Part shown: positions 62,103-64,000 of the stretch, in pieces
How the letters are laid out: each line of letters begins with the position of its first letter
Position numbering within the stretch: the stretch's first letter is position 1
NCBI GenBank assembly: GCA_000146465.1
Contig: CP001952.1
Length of the DNA: 64,000 bases
Strand: one strand, 5' to 3'
The notes under the pieces: generated by a model
Told to the model about the DNA's origin: nothing
Seen by the model: the letters and a program-made list of their open reading frames with translations, nothing else
Databases searched by the model: none
Translations under genes and position numbers: made by a program

Positions 62103-62945
62103 CTAAATATGTTGATCTTTTTCCAAAAACTCTATGTTTTTGTCTACTCCTCCACTAATTATTTTCTCCTTGTTAGCCGTAGTCTTTAGAACATTGGCTG
62201 GTCCTGCTGTTTCAAGCTGGTAGTCTGGTCCTCCCTTCATTCTAGATTTTATAAAAATACACTTCTCACTCCCGACTAAATAGTGACTGTCGCTATAGCT
62301 CCCCAATGACAGGGCGTTTAGCCCCAATCCGATTTCATAGGAACCATCTTTGCATTCAAATACTTTCTTCCCAGTCGAAACAAATAACGAACCTCCACAT
62401 GTACACATAGAAGTAACACTTGAAGGAAAAGCAGCGATAGCAGTGCTGTTGCTTCTCTCATCCCAGAGACGTACGCTCCCATCCATAGAACAACTGTAGA
62501 TAAACCCGTTGTCGAACATGACATGAGTAACTGGAAGACTATGTCCTTTCATGACAGATACATCGTTTCTGGCTCTAATGTCCCAAACTCGCACAGTACA
62601 ATCGGAAGATCCACTGAAGATCCTTCTATCGTATGTATCTAGACATAGAACAGAAGACATGTGCCCGTAATACTCTCTTATAAATTCCCTGTCGACAAGA
62701 TCATAACACTTAATCAATCCATCGAGTAAGGCGCAAAAAGTATACGGATGAATCTTGCTGAACTTGATCTCCTCACAGACACTTTTCAGAGGAATAGTGG
62801 CTAAAAGCTGCTTTGTCCCTATGTCCACGATTCTTGTTGTTCCGTCCATAGACGAAGATGCAAGGAGAGCATCATAAGGATCTATATCTAATGATTTTAT
62901 CCAACTGTTATGAATTTTTAATATTGCTGTGAGTTTATATTTCAT
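62103..62945 (-). CDS. PRP46: WD40 splicing factor Prp46/PLRG1-like
   Basis: HNSWIKSLDIDPYDALLASSSMDGTTRIVDIGTKQL and CYDLVDREFIREYYGHMSSVLCLD...SGSSDCTVRVWDIRARNDV are colinear with Prp46/PLRG1 repeats. Confidence 0.6.
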   Translation of the reverse strand: MKYKLTAILKIHNSWIKSLDIDPYDALLASSSMDGTTRIVDIGTKQLLATIPLKSVCEEIKFSKIHPYTFCALLDGLIKCYDLVDREFIREYYGHMSSVLCLDTYDRRIFSGSSDCTVRVWDIRARNDVSVMKGHSLPVTHVMFDNGFIYSCSMDGSVRLWDERSNSTAIAAFPSSVTSMCTCGGSLFVSTGKKVFECKDGSYEIGLGLNALSLGSYSDSHYLVGSEKCIFIKSRMKGGPDYQLETAGPANVLKTTANKEKIISGGVDKNIEFLEKDQHI

Positions 62946-63002
62946 AACAAGGAGATTAACAAAAGGCCGTTTTTTCTTCAGTTTTGTAACAAGTATTGTA
63001 TT

Positions 63003-63959
63003 CTATTCAATGGAAAAAGGACAGAGAATGGATATAAGTTTATACCACAAAGAAACCGCAATAAGTCCGGTGCTTTCTTTGATTTCTCCACTATCTGTTT
63101 CTTTATAATTCCAAAATTCTTTTTTGTAGCAGAGAACTTTGTCCAAAAGACTGTTCAGGTATCGATAGTCAGGTTTCTCTAGGAATTCCAGACGTCGGAC
63201 ATATTCGAAGAATTTTATAAGATGCTCCTTTCCGCTTATCCCATCGCATAACTCATGAATGGATAGACTTTCTTTTACCTTTTGAGTTTTCGTTTTCTGT
63301 CTTTTTGACATGGAAATTCCAACTTCAACCCATGGCAATTCTGACTTATAGAGAAGGATCAAAAGATAAAACAAACTTTCAATATCGTCTCTTCTGGATT
63401 GCTCCACTCCTTTATGAGTGTTTATCGACATATACCAGAGAGTTCCCGAAATACTTCTTCCCCTTAGCTCAGGGATGTGATCTCCATTGTCCTCGAGGTA
63501 GGGCATAGACATGCCAAAATCTATGAGATATATCTTATTATTGTGATCAAACATGATGTTCTCAGGCTTGATATCCCTATATAGTCTTCCTCTCCCGTGT
63601 ATCAACTCGATGATGCTAAGAAGCTTCTTTCCAAGGATTGTGGCTGATTTCCTTGTGAAGAATTTTGGATTTCTTTCTAGGACGTCCTTCAATGAATATC
63701 TAAAGAGAGGGAGGACAAGAAAAGCCAGGCCCTTATAAAAACCATAGTCCACAAGATGCGGGATTCCATCACAACCCTGAAGCTCCCTATAGGCCTGTAT
63801 TTCGTCGACCATGGCTCTCCTTCGGGTTCTCGCTGTATTGTTTTCTATTTTTAGTGCATAAGTTTTATAGTCCACTTTTTTTCTTACCTTATACACTGTT
63901 CCAAAACCTCCTCTTCCAACTTCGTAGTGTATGTCGTAGCCCATTACTTCACCCCTCAT
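63003..63959 (-). CDS. casein kinase 1 family protein kinase
   Basis: GRGGFGTVYKV, YRDIKPENIMF, DFGMS and the CK1-specific SINTHKGVEQSRRDDIESLFYLLI motif. Confidence 0.8.
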   Translation of the reverse strand: MRGEVMGYDIHYEVGRGGFGTVYKVRKKVDYKTYALKIENNTARTRRRAMVDEIQAYRELQGCDGIPHLVDYGFYKGLAFLVLPLFRYSLKDVLERNPKFFTRKSATILGKKLLSIIELIHGRGRLYRDIKPENIMFDHNNKIYLIDFGMSMPYLEDNGDHIPELRGRSISGTLWYMSINTHKGVEQSRRDDIESLFYLLILLYKSELPWVEVGISMSKRQKTKTQKVKESLSIHELCDGISGKEHLIKFFEYVRRLEFLEKPDYRYLNSLLDKVLCYKKEFWNYKETDSGEIKESTGLIAVSLWYKLISILCPFSIE

Positions 63960-64000
63960 ATTCTGATACAGAGTATTATTTTCAGATGTCTTTTTATTCC

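Noticed and set aside
1-64000. Prokaryotic-type features (CRISPR arrays, operons, rRNA/tRNA genes, IS elements)
   Set aside because: No repeat-spacer arrays, no tRNA-like cloverleaf candidates (GTTCGA T-loop contexts) in the spacers I scanned, and no rRNA-like segments. The gene content is eukaryotic nuclear.

Overview
The window is dense, intron-poor eukaryotic nuclear DNA. Identifiable proteins are fungal/opisthokont-type (eEF2, ABCE1, Nfs1, Spt5, TAF5, SF3b2, Derlin, septin, FG-nucleoporin, importin-alpha). About 58 protein genes lie in 64 kb with intergenic spacers often under 100 bp and no rRNA, tRNA, CRISPR or transposon signatures. Reduced protein sizes, very tight or overlapping convergent gene ends, and a hexokinase with an N-terminal signal peptide fit a microsporidian or similarly reduced fungal-lineage parasite, but this assignment is inferred from the sequence, not demonstrated. 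Content is mostly housekeeping: translation, tRNA modification, transcription, nuclear envelope, ribosome biogenesis and Fe-S biogenesis. Candidate accessory regions are a secretory pair (signal-anchored hypothetical plus signal-peptide hexokinase), a block of small lineage-specific membrane/secreted proteins next to tandemly duplicated MFS transporters, and a partial His/basic-rich hypothetical protein at the 5' edge. The supplied ORF track labels TTG/GTG starts as M; for those ORFs I moved the start to the first in-frame ATG and say so. For one ORF (27576..28781) my hand-indexed coordinates differ from the track by 1 nt and I used the track.
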